In this document: in pieces, positions 12,639 to 24,545 of the stretch
Layout: every line of letters begins with the position of its first letter
Position numbering within the stretch: the first letter of the stretch is position 1
Made by a program: the position numbers and the translations under genes
The notes under the pieces: model-generated
The model's database searches: none
Seen by the model: the letters and a program-made list of their open reading frames with translations, nothing else
What the model was told of the DNA's origin: nothing
Assembly: GCF_006345805.1 (NCBI RefSeq)
Contig: NC_043011.1
Coordinates: 56,928,464-56,992,463, forward strand
Reading direction: 5' to 3'
Length of the DNA stretch: 64,000 nucleotides
Source of the DNA: Octopus sinensis
Taxonomy: Eukaryota

Positions 12639-12860
12639 CCCTTTCGTTACCAACCCGGCTGAAACTGGCTCTGGCTCTTTAGTACAAGTGTCTTGTTTTC
12701 ATAAGTTTTAAATTAAAATCTTCCACCAAACCTTAGTCACAATTTATGTTCCTAACACTAGCTTAATGATACCTAAGTTATTTTACTAAATCCTTTGTTA
12801 TATCTATAATTAATTCAAAGAAATACAGAGCATCTCAAAATGAATACGGTAACGAAAGGG
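12639..12860 (+). mobile_element. piggyBac-type MITE, family E (best copy)
   Basis: Perfect 13-bp terminal inverted repeats CCCTTTCGTTACC / GGTAACGAAAGGG with TTAA on both sides (12635-12638, 12861-12864). Confidence 0.9.
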
Positions 12861-13239
12861 TTAACCTTGGGTTGACTCTGAGTGAGCAGACCTATGATCA
12901 AAAGCATTTTAACAGTTACCATTCATTTTTTTTCTTCTTTTCTTTCTTTTGTTTTTAGTAGCATATATAACTACATAATTTAAAACGTCTATTCCAACTT
13001 GTTTTACGTTTCCTGAAGATAGAATATGATTTGAGAGAGGTTTTGGCTTCTATTTCTAGCAGGTTAACTAATCACAAACACATTTTGAAAGGGTCACTTT
13101 TGGCAATAATTAAAGCTGATTAATATTTTTTGTCACTTCTTACCACACAGTCACACCCCATCACCATTGACCCTACAATCTACTGTTGTCTATTTTCTGT
13201 TCTGTTGTGTATTTAAAATTTCTTTATCTGCGCATACTG

Positions 13240-13460
13240 GTACAGGCTTGCTTCCCAACCACATGATTCTGGGTTCAGTCCCGCTGTATGGCACCTTAGG
13301 CAAGTGTCTTCTGTTATAACCTTGGACTTGTGAGTGGATTTTGTAGATGGAAACTAAAAAGAAGCCCATCATATGTGTGTGCGTCCCACCACCGCTTGAC
13401 AACCAGTGTTGGTGTGTTTACGTCCCCATAACTCAGTGGTTCAAGAACAAGACAAACTGA
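13240..13460 (+). mobile_element. Family A SINE, partial
   Basis: GCTTGCTTCCCAACCACATGATTCTGGGTTCAGTCCC..AAAGAAGCCCATC..CCGCTTGACAACCAGTGTTGGTGTGTTTACGTCCCCATAAC. Confidence 0.75.
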
Positions 13461-13679
13461 GAGGTTGAGTTTGTGTGTTACACATTATCCACAAAGGGCA
13501 ATCTGTGGGTTGGCAGATGAAAAGGGTCAAAGGTGATGACAAGCCAGTAGTCCTTCTTTTGGGGTAAATAAAATTAGCAAACACCTGTTGAATACTGGGG
13601 TCAATATAATCAACTTTCACCCCCACCCCCCAAAATTGCTGGCCTTGTGCCACAATTTGGAACCTTTATTGTCATTATT

Positions 13680-13895
13680 AAGGTGGTGAGCTGGCAGAAT
13701 CTTTAGCACATTGGACGAAATACTTAGCAGTATTTTGCCTGTTGCTACATTCTGAGTTCAAATTCTGCTGAGGTCGACTTTACCTTTCATCCTTTCAGGG
13801 TTGATAAATTAAGTACCAGTTATGCACTGGAGTTTATATAACCAACTATCCCCCTCCCCCAAATTTCAAGCCTTATGCCTTTAGTAGAAAGGATT
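13680..13895 (+). mobile_element. tRNA-headed SINE, family C
   Basis: GGTGAGCTGGCAGAATC..TTCTGAGTTCAAATTCTGCTGAGGTCGACTTTACCTTTCATCCTTTCAGGGTTGATAAATTAAGTACCAG..AGTAGAAAGGATTATT. The central block resembles the Meta-domain of MetaSINEs as I recall it. Confidence 0.8.
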
Positions 13896-14040
13896 ATTAA
13901 GACATTGAGGTAGCAGAATTGTGAAGGTGGCAGTTTTTCTTCGGACTCATTATGTCCTTAGTCCAAATTTTGACGAAATGAAGTACCAGTGGACTGAGAG
14001 TACAATGATATCCTCTGTGCCCAAATTTGAAATCTTTGTT

Positions 14041-14600
14041 ATTATTATTATCATCATTCAGTAGTCTTATTTTTATCATGTGCTTTCACTGAACTACCGA
14101 GCACAGCTCTGTGTGCCTTGGCTATGTGCTGTAGTTTGTTGTGATGCTCTTATTTTCCCTGTATTGAAAGTGTTTTGCGTAGGATGTGTGCAGTGCCTGG
14201 TAATGCAATTTTCTGTATGTTATATGTATTTGTAAGTCCTGATGTTTTTGTTATGTATTTGTCTGAATATTTTTTTATCATACCTAATGCGCCTACTATG
14301 ATAGGAATTGTTTCTGTTTTTATGCTCCACATTCGAGTTGCCTCTATTTCCAGGTCTTTCTATTTTGAAAGTTTCTCCATTTCTTGTAGAGAAATACTGT
14401 CATCTGTTGGTACTGACACATCGATTGGAAAGCATTTTTTTCTTCTTGATGATCTCTGACAACTATATCTGGCTTATTAGCCTTAATTTCTCTATCTGTC
14501 TGTTTTGGCATATCCACTAGTATGGTTGCTTTCTCATTTTCTGTGACCTTTTCTGGCGTGTACCATCTTTTTTTCTGTTGCTATTCCATAGTGTTGACAT
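14041..14600 (-). mobile_element. R4/Dong-type non-LTR retrotransposon 3' fragment (restriction-like endonuclease domain and 3' UTR)
   Basis: Minus strand reads CQHYGIATEKRWY/TPEKVTENEKATIL..TDREIKANKPDIVVRDHQ..IDVSVPTDDSISLQEMEKLSK*KDLEIEATRMWSIKTETIPIIVGALGMIKK..TAHILRKTL, which carries the PD..D..K RLE motif. (ATT)n tracts lie at both ends. Confidence 0.85.
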
Positions 14601-14637
14601 CATCATTATTATTATTATTATTGTTGTTGTTATTGTT

Positions 14638-14850
14638 GCAAGCTGGCCGAATCATTAGCATGTAAGAAGGCAAAATCTCTTTCCAGTTTTATTTTCTGTG
14701 TTCAAATTCTGACAAGTTACACTTTGCCTTTCATCTTTTCAGGGTTGATAAAAATCAGGATGCTGAGCACTGGGGTTGATGCTATCCACTAGACCCCCTC
14801 CCCCTCCTGCTAAAGTTGCTGGCCTTGTGGTTAAAGTGGAAAGAATTGTT
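14638..14850 (+). mobile_element. Family C SINE
   Basis: AGCTGGCCGAATCATTAGCA..GTTCAAATTCTG..CTTTGCCTTTCATCTTTTCAGGGTTGATAAAA..GGCCTTGTG. Confidence 0.7.
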
Positions 14851-15275
14851 GTTATTTCTTTATTCTTGCATTATTTGAATATGAGTATCAAAGTCTTTTG
14901 TCACACTCTTGTGATCTTCAATTCACTGATCTCTGTTGCTGTCTGTCAATTTTCAGACAGGCCAAGCTTTTTTTTTTGTTTTTTGTTTTTTTTTATATAT
15001 TCAGGATTTGTTTATTTATTTATGTATTTATTCTTATTGCTGCTATCTTTGTGGCATGATGATGATGGTGATGATGATGGTGATGTCAGTTGTTCAAACC
15101 GAAAAGTTTTGTGAGAATCAAAGCAGACATATTTAAGTCATTGTAGTAGATTAACTAAAACAGTTTGTTGCACATTTAACCCTTGGTTAGCTCAGATAGG
15201 ACACACACAGCCTATGATCAAAGGTGTGATCCAGTCATGACTATCTCATCTTTTTAGGACAAGATTATCTCACAA

Positions 15276-15572
15276 CCCTTTAGCATCCAGATGACTCTCT
15301 TAAATGTAATTCTTATTTCTTCACATTGCTTTTAATTAATCAGGTATTATCTCAAAGCTTTAAGATTTTGAAAATGCAATTGTTTATTTTTAGAATAACA
15401 TTGTCAGATAAGTGTGAAAAGCTGGATCTGGCCAGTTTGAACGGAAAACGGAAAATATTTGGACCAGATATGGCCAGTTTAAAGATTTGACATTTGGCTA
15501 TGGTTTTTAGCAGCTCAAGCAACTGCTATCATAGAACCAAGAGCAGTTTCCGGCAGATTGGTGCCAAAAGGG
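15276..15572 (+). mobile_element. piggyBac-type MITE, family G
   Basis: Ends CCCTTTAGCA../..TGCCAAAAGGG-TTAA; body shared with 16988-17189. Confidence 0.6.
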
Positions 15573-15950
15573 TTAATTATGTGCTGAAGCCCTTCATCCC
15601 TTGGTTATATGAACAACAACAAAATTCTATGTAGAACAAAATGCTAGAGAAATACTTTGTTGAGTATCGAAGTTCTTAGTAACACCGATTTCTCTTTTGA
15701 TATTGGGGTTCTTAGAGTTGGTACTCCATAAGTTAGTAATGGTACTCTTGGAGAGAAAACAAATAAACTTCTTTTGTTTTTATTTGCTCAAGTTTTGGGT
15801 TTGTACCAGATCAAATATTTCTTTGAATTCTGTGATGGAATGGGCAGCAGGATTGGAGATATACACGAAGGAAAAAAAGCAATAACAACATAGCTTTACT
15901 TGTTATAATTATTATTTTATACACTTCCTACACTCTTCAAGCTGCAGGAG

Positions 15951-15990
<40 letters not shown>

Positions 15991-16987
15991 TGATGATGAT
16001 GATGTATAAACATGTGTTGTCTCACATGATCTTCCTTGAATAGCAAAAGTGCTGGAATGGTTTATTTTGTTGTGATTTTTGTATTTTTATCATGTCAGGT
16101 CCCCCTCACTTTGTTGTTCTGAACAAATGCATTTAAATTCTATATTACTATTGTCTTTGTGATGCTGCTACTGGTAGCAGTGGTTGTAGTTATTTAACCC
16201 CAAGTCAGCCTTGGTTGAACAAACCTATGATCAAAAGCACTCAAGTCATATCTTTCTAAACTTTTTGTAGACATAAGATTATACGGTTCAACATGTTCTT
16301 CCTCCTCTTTTAAGACTCTAGAAAATATGGCTGCTATTTCTAGTGGAATAAATGACCATGCAGAAGCTTTCTTTTTTAGCTTTCCTATATTAGCTTAGGA
16401 TAAAGAGCTAGTGACTTGCATGAGGTGCAGTTTTGGTTGTTAGTGTTGGTTGTATCTATTTAGTGGTTGCATATATAACTGGGAATTTTTTGTATAATAA
16501 TACAATTACACAACACAGACAAAATGTATTTAGTCTGTGTTATTAAATAAAAATTTATTGAGCTGATCCTGGGCAAGAGATATCTTTGTATACATAGAAA
16601 TATGTCTCCTGAAGATGAGCAGTCAATATATTGATGAAAATTTGTGTCGAACTAAATTACAAGTGTCCCATCAATGTATATTTCTGAATCTGCTAAAACA
16701 ATATAAGAACGTGTGTGTTTTATGGTTCAGTGTAGAAAAAAAAAATAACATTAAAAGTACTCAGAGACATTTGGTTCCATAAACTCTTTGGAGTTCAAAG
16801 AACACAAGAATTACAATATTGTTTGGTCTCCGATCCACTTGTCTGATCCAATAACCTGATCTAAGATGTCTAAGATTCCAATCAAAATAAAGAGGACATG
16901 TTTCCTGAATTGAAATACCAAAATGCATTCAGTTTTTGATGTGCTACAGAGAGAAGATGTTTGTCACCCCTAAATATACAGTTTTAA

Positions 16988-17189
16988 CCATTTCAGACTT
17001 CAGATTATTCTGTCAAATCTAATCCTTATTTATTTACATTGTTTTGGATTAACCATGCATTATCTAGTAGATTTGAGATTTTGATGAGGTGACATTGTCG
17101 GGTAGATGGGAAAGATTGGATCTGACCAGTTTGAACATAATGCAAATAAAGTATTTCGGCTGGACATGGCCAGTTTATATGCTAAGGGG
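16988..17189 (+). mobile_element. piggyBac-type MITE, family G
   Basis: TTAA at 16984-16987 and 17190-17193; right end ATGCTAAGGGG; internal GGATCTGACCAGTTTGAAC shared with the 15276 copy. Confidence 0.65.
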
Positions 17190-17339
17190 TTAAGAAATAC
17201 TGTCTGACCCATACTGGTATGGAAAAAGAGATGTAAAATGACAATGATGAAAATGTTACTGATGAGGTTTTGGGGCTGTTTCCTAAATGTTCAATTTATT
17301 TGTGATTAGCCAAAATTTATTTTCTTATAATTCCACTAA

Positions 17340-18590
17340 AAAGTATTTCCATCTTTTTTTTTCTTTTTTTTTTTCTTCCTAATTTTCATAAATATTGGAA
17401 ATTGAAATTCTTGCTAATGAGCTGTTAAAAAACTACATGAAAATTGTTAAAAGATAATTAGAAAATTTCAGAAACTCATCTTCTGAACTCCAGAATTTAT
17501 TTGGAAGCATGTTGAAATTGCTTTAAAATAACTGCTTGCTGTACTTGAATATTGTCTAACTTAAATCATCTAAAACAGTCCTCCTTCAGTGTTTACTCAA
17601 ATCCTCTTTTAGGGGTCAGCAATATCATTTGGGAGCATAGATACCAAGCTCTGCTTCTGTTTAATAAACACTTCTTTTTTTTTTTTCGATCCTGATTGTT
17701 GGTTGGTTGATGTCAGGATCTTTTTGTTTGGGATTTTTGACCTATTCTATCCACAACCCAATATTTCTGTCTGTTAAAACTGCTTGTCAAATGAAGGTTT
17801 ACTGCTGAAATATTCACAGAAACTTGTTTTCTTAGAACTGTAGAAATATTTTCCATTTGTTTTGTGACTTATAAACAGGAAGAACTAACATTCTCTCTTT
17901 CAAAAGCCATCTTATTTCTCAATGTAAAGTCAAGCATTTGTTGAGAAAATTCATAGAATTACCAAGCTGCTGCTTGAAATATTATATCTTAACGGATCTT
18001 GACTTCACAGATTTGATGGCTAATATATGTTGGTCAAACACAGACTTCAAGTTTGTCTCCAGGGTCTTTCCAATATGCTGCTGTTTTCCACACAAAAGTG
18101 ATTGAGCAAATATATTCAAATCCTTTCTTTTGAGAAAATAATAAAGTAATAGGTTACCAAGATTGGCCTATCATTTCTGCTAACACCAATTTACAATTTT
18201 CATGCAAGTATGAATTCTTCAAAAGTTTCACTCAACATTTTGACTATGCCAATATGCTTTTACCTTTGGTGTATTCTGCAAGTTCTTAGCGGCATCAAAA
18301 CAAGAAAATTGATGTATAATTTCATTTCTTTGAACACTCGTAGCTATGTTTCACAGCTTACATTGGTTGATTTGTCAACCAGTAATACAAAATTCAATTT
18401 CTTTCACTTAAATAGAAACATGGTCTTCAGTGTTAAAAAACATTTCAATTACATTCTTTTGGACTGTGTCTGTAGACAGCAGAGGTCTGGAAATTTCTTG
18501 TTCAGCTTCATTACTGAATATTGTACTACCAATCAAACAGCATGGTGGCAAAATAAGTGATTCACCTTTAAAAGGTAAATGTGACATAAA
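17340..18590 (-). pseudogene. Decayed hAT (Buster; ZBED5/SCAND3/FAM200-like) transposase
   Basis: Colinear minus-strand motifs: GESLILPPCCLIGSTIFSNEAEQEISRPLLSTDTVQK, LLVDKSTNVS (DESTD), KTLETNLKSVFDQ, KCLTLH*EIRWLLKERML (LLLHTEVRWLS), FWSSEDEFLKFS (dimerisation domain). Many stops and frameshifts. Confidence 0.8.
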
Positions 18591-18647
18591 AGAGGAAGGA
18601 CATTTGTCACACTCACACACACTCATACACTCTCTTTCTCTTATTTG

Positions 18648-18693
<46 letters not shown>

Positions 18694-19104
18694 TACACAA
18701 CAACAGCAGCAGCTCTATGTTGTATTGTTTGGAAACCACTCATGCAGAGTGTGGTAGATGTGTATCTTTATATTCTAGTGCCTCTACCATTAAACCAATA
18801 CCATTATTTAACACTAGTATCAAAAACAAGAACCTCATGTGATCATTTCACCTGGCAGAAATAGCAGTGACATCTCCCTCAACTCACACCCTTCCATCTT
18901 TTAAAAATGGGGATGAACACGGTGGATAAGATAATCATGGCTACGTCTGGAAGATAAATATCCCACCATTGCTAGAATGTCTTTGAGCTTAGGTATATGC
19001 AACCTGAACCACTTTGAATAACAACAACAATAATTATGCAGGTGGTTGCTGTTGACTTAGAGAATGTATAGTAAGCATCCCCTAGTGAATGGGTAGTGAA
19101 ACAG

Positions 19105-19420
19105 GCATCATCATCGTCATCGTTGTTTAACGTCCGCTTTCCATGCTGGCATGGGTTGGACGGTTTGACTGAGAACTGGTAAGCTGGGAGGCAGCACCAA
19201 GCTCTAAACTGATCTAGCAAAGTTTCTACAGCTGGATGCCCTTCCTAATGCCAATCACTCCAAGTGTGTAGTGGCTGGTTTTTACATGTCATCAGCACAG
19301 GGGCCAGTCAGGTGGCACTGGCATCGGCCACACTCGAATGGTGCTTTTTACGTGCCACTGGCACGGGTGCCAGTCAGGCAGCACTGGCATCAGCCATGCA
19401 GTCAGGTGGCACTAGCATAC
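19105..19420 (-). mobile_element. Family D (GAT)n-tailed element
   Basis: CATCATCATCGTCATCGTTGTTTAACGTCCGCTTTCCATGCTGGCATGGGTTGGACGG..CAGCTGGATGCCCTTCCTAATGCC plus repeated TTTTACGTGCCAC units. Confidence 0.8.
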
Positions 19421-19661
19421 TATTCAAACACACAAACACACACAAATTATATTTTCTTCTAATCACCTATTCTCATTCTTAATGTTTCTTCCTCTACCTT
19501 TTCTCACTCTTATTTTTTCTGACAAAGGACTAACATCCGAAATGTCAATTCGTTCTCTTCTTTTTAAGTGTCCTTCCTGTGTTGTCTTCTTTTTTGTGTT
19601 TATTGCTATTGTGTGTGTGTATATATATATTTAGTATATACCAAATATGCTAATTACATCT

Positions 19662-19730
19662 TGAGTCTATGCTCATTAGATTATAAGAGTCTATGCTCAT
19701 TAGATTCTAGAGTCTAAGCTCATTAGATTG
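19662..19730. repeat. Three-copy ~24-bp minisatellite (GAGTCTATGCTCATTAGATT)
   Basis: Directly visible direct repeats. Confidence 0.8.
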
Positions 19731-19889
19731 GTTTCCATAGAGTATAAGCAACTGAGAGTACACAATTATCTGCCACTTAACAGGGTGCCAGTCTCTCATA
19801 GCATTGATCCCCCCCCCCAGCTGATCAATGTGAAAAGAAATGTCTTGCTCAAGAATTCATTATGCCACCTGGTCAGTTTTTTAGGCCTG

Positions 19890-20250
19890 AGCTGGTAGCA
19901 CGTAAAAAGTACCATTTGAGCATGGTTGATGCCAGTGCTGCCTGACTGGCTCCTATGCCAGTGGAACGTAAAAAACATCCACTACACTCTTGGCGTGGTT
20001 TGTGTTGGGAAGGGCATCCAGCTGTAGAAGCCTTGCCAGATCAGATTGGAGCCTGGTGCAACATACTGGCTTGCCAGTCCTCAATCAAACCATCCAATCC
20101 ATGTTCTGAGTTCAAATTCCACCAAGGTCTACTTTGCCTTTCATCCTTGATAAAATATGTACCAGTTATACACTGGGATCAATGTAATTGACTTACCCCA
20201 CTACAACAAACTTGCTGGCCTTGTACCAAAATTTGAAACCATTATTTACC
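19890..20250 (+). mobile_element. Family D element followed by a headless family C SINE
   Basis: GGAAGGGCATCCAGCTGTAGAA..TCAGATTGGAGCCTGGTGC..CCAATCCATG, then TTCTGAGTTCAAATTCC..CTTTGCCTTTCATCC. Confidence 0.7.
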
Positions 20251-21929
20251 ATTTTAAAAAACAATTCACCACCAGAAATAACAATTTTTTGTTGTTTGGT
20301 AAATTTTCTCTTTTGTTTATGTTTGTTTTTGTGCATCTTGTTATTTCTTTGTTTCTTTTTAATAATGTTTGGTTCTCTAGCAACAAGTTGAGCTAGAGAA
20401 TATTTCAGAAAATTTGTTTGTTGTTCACTGGTTGGTTTGGGGTTACAGTTGGAAACAGAACCATTCTTAGTGCCAACAGTTATTTGTGTTGGCTCACATT
20501 TTAACCTTTTTCCTTCACCAAATTAGCAAAAATAGTGGCATCATAACAGTAGCTGTTTTTCTGTTGATTTTCTTGGCTTTTTCCTCTATTCTCTCTCTTT
20601 TATTTTTTATTGTGCTTTCGAGAGGGGTGGGGAGATGGGAATTTTATTTGTATTATCTCTTTTTAAAATATATTTATATCCCTTGGAGATTTGTTGCATT
20701 TATATATAGAGAATATGTACGAAGGTATGTGTGTGTATGTGTACGTGTGCGCGTCTCTCCACTGCTTGACAACCAGTGTTGGTTTGTTTTCATCCCTATG
20801 ACTTAGCAGTTCTGCAAAAGAGACTGATAAAATAAGTACCAGACTTGAAAAGCACAATAAACCCTGGGGCTGACTTGTCTGACTAAATCCTTTGAGGTGG
20901 TGCCTGCTAAGCCTTCTGCAAAAGTGTAGAGTAACCCATTAGATTCATGCAAAATGGTTTTATTATAACAAAGAATCAGAGATTTAAAACTAATTGTTTT
21001 CCTCTTTATAGATATATCCTTGTATTCTTTTATTTGTTTCAGTCATTTGGCTACGGCCATGCTAGAGCACTGCCTTTTAGTCAAACAAATATACATATTA
21101 ATAATTGGATAATCGTTCTTAATATTGTTGCTCATTATTTCATCGTTATTTGGTTCTAATGTTTCATAATCCACCTGTTTAAGTCCTGCATGTTCTTGTT
21201 GGCTGTCCTTTGTGTACAAATCCTTACCACACCTGGTCATTACATCAGGTGTGTTATCGTGTTGTTGTGTCTTTGTATATTTTAAGTTCTTTACCAATGC
21301 ATCCATTCTTGCATCTCTGTCTTTAGCACGTTTATATGAACAACTTAATATATGCATGTGTTAACTAGTCTCTCTATGCTAATCGGGGTACAGATCTATT
21401 CACATTTATCATATGTCTACGGGGGTTGTGGGTTAACAGTTAGCAAGTGCATTTATTCAAGAAGGGATGTCATCCTAACTTTATTCCTATTAAAATACAT
21501 AATGCTGTTTTGAAGAGAAAATCGAACATAACAAAAAAAAAAGGAAAAAAAAAGAGAGAAAGAAATGGTAATGTAAAGGAAATATGTGTTCAATTAGAAT
21601 CTCGTTTTCTCTGTTTTGGGACATCATTAATGTTTGTAGGCTGGAACTTAGCAAAGTTTTTAAAAAATGAAATCACTCAAACTCTGTTACTAATTGTGTC
21701 CAAAATACTGCAAAAAAATGCGAGTGATTGGAAATGCTTGTTCCGTTGGATTATATGTTCATGCTGTTAGTGTATCGGTAAGGATTCTTGAGTCAATACT
21801 TATGCTTATGATTGGTACCTGTATACATATAGGTATTTGTACATATATTCATACCTGTATGTATGATGGTGTCTATATGCATGTCGATACCTGTACATAC
21901 GATATCATCTATAAATATAGAAACCGATG

Positions 21930-22105
21930 CATATCATCATCATTACTATTTAACATCTGTTTTCCATGCTGGCATGGGTTGGATGGCTTGACAGGAACTG
22001 ACCAGGCAGAAGATTTTGCCAAGCTCTGTTTCCATTGCTGGAAGCCCTTCCTAACTCCAACCACTTTACCGTGTGTATGGGTGCTTTTTACACGGCACCA
22101 GCACA
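21930..22105 (-). mobile_element. Family D element
   Basis: CATCATCATTACTATTTAACATCTGTTTTCCATGCTGGCATGGGTTGGATGG..GCCCTTCCTAAC..GTGCTTTTTACACGGCACC. Confidence 0.7.
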
Positions 22106-22544
22106 TAAAGATACTTATATATTACATGACGGTATCATGATATTAATTCTCTGTGTCTCATTTACTATTTTATTTAGATATTTCTACTGTGTTTCAGAGA
22201 GAATATTAATTGCTTATAACTTGGTACTTTACTTAATATTCATCACTTAATATCGGGTTTATTGTCATTTTTCAAAAGCCATATACATATATATTTTGCT
22301 GGTTCTGTGTCTAATTTTCTTTGTAGTGTTCCAAATGTATAATTATTTTGAAAGCTTAAACTTGTTATTATGCGATCTATATTATATCTATATATCATAT
22401 ATACAATACACACACACACACACACACACACATACACACGTTATTCCCTCCTCTCTGTTAGGAGGCTCAAGCACTTTCACACACATGACAAGAACTTCTG
22501 CCTACTAAATTGAATCACAAGGCTTCGAATACTATTTTGTTAAT

Positions 22545-23300
22545 AATAAATATGACAGTCATAGCTGCCTCCGTAACTGATTTCTCCAGAACGTTTCCAT
22601 TGATTGGTCATACTCTTTGCAATTGACAACAGCATTTCCATGCTTCGTTGGTTGTGTTCTGCTGGTTTAAATTCTTCATCATTTCCTGTATTGTTCAAGG
22701 ATGTTACCATTTTAGCAAACACTATCAGTGTTTTCACTTCCAATCTATTTAACCAGCTCTGCTATCAGTAAACATTTCATCTGCTTCAGTGAAGAGCCTT
22801 TCCCAAAAATCTTAGACTTTGCCTCTCCTTACAACAAAATGATTTATTCCACTCAAAAAGAAGAATTTTTGTTCTTACTATTTGTTAAAGCAGACCATCT
22901 CCAGTTTCCTAAAGTTCTGCTGTTTCACAATAATTTTGTTGGTTTTTTTGTTTTTTTTTTGTAGTTTTTAATTTTAGATTACTGCCAGAGTAAATTAATC
23001 TCTTCTCCTTTGAGTTAACTCATCAAATTTATTAACTATGCATTGTGTCTGTCTATCTTGCTTTGCACTTTTGAGAAGTTCCTCACCTTTTCTCACACTC
23101 TTTGTCAAGCTCTCAAATGTTTCTCACCTATTGCCGCCATGCAATATCGTACTTCCGCTTAGTAACCTTCTCTCCACTATTTTGGCAAATTCAGTGAAGT
23201 AAGTCTAAGCTTTACTGAAGAAATCTAATAATACAGTAACATGTCCATAATTATCTCCCATGCTTGTCCAAATGGTAAACATCATATTAGTCATCATTAA
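22545..23300 (-). mobile_element. Very decayed RTE-type LINE endonuclease/linker fragment
   Basis: Fragments ILHGGNR, GEELLKSAK, KRLIYSGS and QWKRSGE resemble VHGGxG, GExLLxFA, RLITYxSG and WKxGG of the RTE APE region. Weak. Confidence 0.35.
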
Positions 23301-23589
23301 CGTAATGTTGTCTTTGCCCTGTAATTATTTCTAATTAACTTTCTGCACTTGTTCCATGAAATGTGTTAACACAGACTTTATTTATTGAGTCACTTCTGTA
23401 GTGTTGATTCTAGTGCTGCCCTTTTCTGTGTTTCGTCCTTACCAAAATGACTTGACCTTTTTGGTTCCATTTCCAGCTGAAATATGCTGATTCTATTTCA
23501 AGTTGTTTTAAAAATAACTAAGAATTTATTAAAATAACCTTGTCATTATTAAGTTGATGTTTGGATCATAAATTATAAATCACTCTCTC

Positions 23590-24000
23590 TCTCTCTTTAC
23601 TCTTTACTTGTTTCAGTCATGTGACTGTGGCCATGCTGCAGCACTGCCTTTAGTCGAGCAAATCGACCCCAGGACTTATTCTTTGTAAGCCTAGTACTTA
23701 TTCTATCGCTCTCTTTTGCCGAACTGCTAGGTTACGGGGACGTAAACACACCAGCATCAGTTGTCAAGCGATGTTGGAGGGACAAATGCAGACACAAACA
23801 TATACACACACACACACACACACAAACACACATACATATATATGATGGGCTTCTTTCAGTTTCCGTCTACCAAATCCACTCACAAGGCTTTGGTCGGCCC
23901 GAGGCTATAGTAGAAGACACTTGCCCAAGGTGCCACGCAGTGGGACTGAACCCGGAACTATATGGTTGGCAAGCAAGCTACTTACCACACAGCCACTCCT
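23590..24000 (-). mobile_element. Full-length, well-preserved family A SINE
   Basis: TTTACTCTTTACTTGTTTCAGTCATGTGACTGTGGCCATGCTG..TTGTCAAGCGATG-(CA/TA)n-GATGGGCTTCTTTCAGTTTCCGTCTACC..CCACACAGCCACTCC; CpGs retained. Confidence 0.9.
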
Positions 24001-24221
24001 ACACCAACATGGAATTTTGATAGAAAGTTTTGTTTAGATTATTTTAAAGCAGGACATTTGCATCATAGGACGAAGGATGGCCCCGGCAAGTTGATTCCGA
24101 AAGGCTTAATCTTTTCTGTTTTGAGTTAAGGGACAAAATATAGTAACTTTGTGTCCTTCACCTTGTATCAGACCCCAGCCCCCACTTTTTTTTAATGTAT
24201 ACAAACCTAACTCTCAAAGTG

Positions 24222-24545
24222 CAGGCTGTAGTTATGCTTGTGTGTGGTTCAGAAGCTTGCTTTGAAACCAAGTGGTTTCAAGTTCAGTTGCACTTCACAG
24301 CACCTTGGGCAAGTATTTTCTATTACGGCTGCAAGTTAATACCTTGGTTGAAGGAAACTTGTGGAAGTTCATTACGTGTGTGTGTGTGTGTGTGTTTGTG
24401 TCCCACCCACCACCACCACCACCACTTGATAACCAGAGTTGGTTTGTTTATGTCCCTGCAACTTAGCAGTTCACCAACTGAAACCCTTGAAGGCAGTACC
24501 CCAGCATGGCCACAGTCCTGTGATTGAAAAAATGAAAGGCAAAAG
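24222..24545 (+). mobile_element. Family A SINE, decayed
   Basis: Head, (TG)n and 3' half (CCACTTGATAACC..CCCAGCATGGCCACAGTC) present in order. Confidence 0.65.

Noticed and set aside
21043-21357. 104-aa ORF in non-microsatellite sequence
   Set aside because: No recognisable motif in any frame, no splice signals, and its end runs into a SINE fragment.
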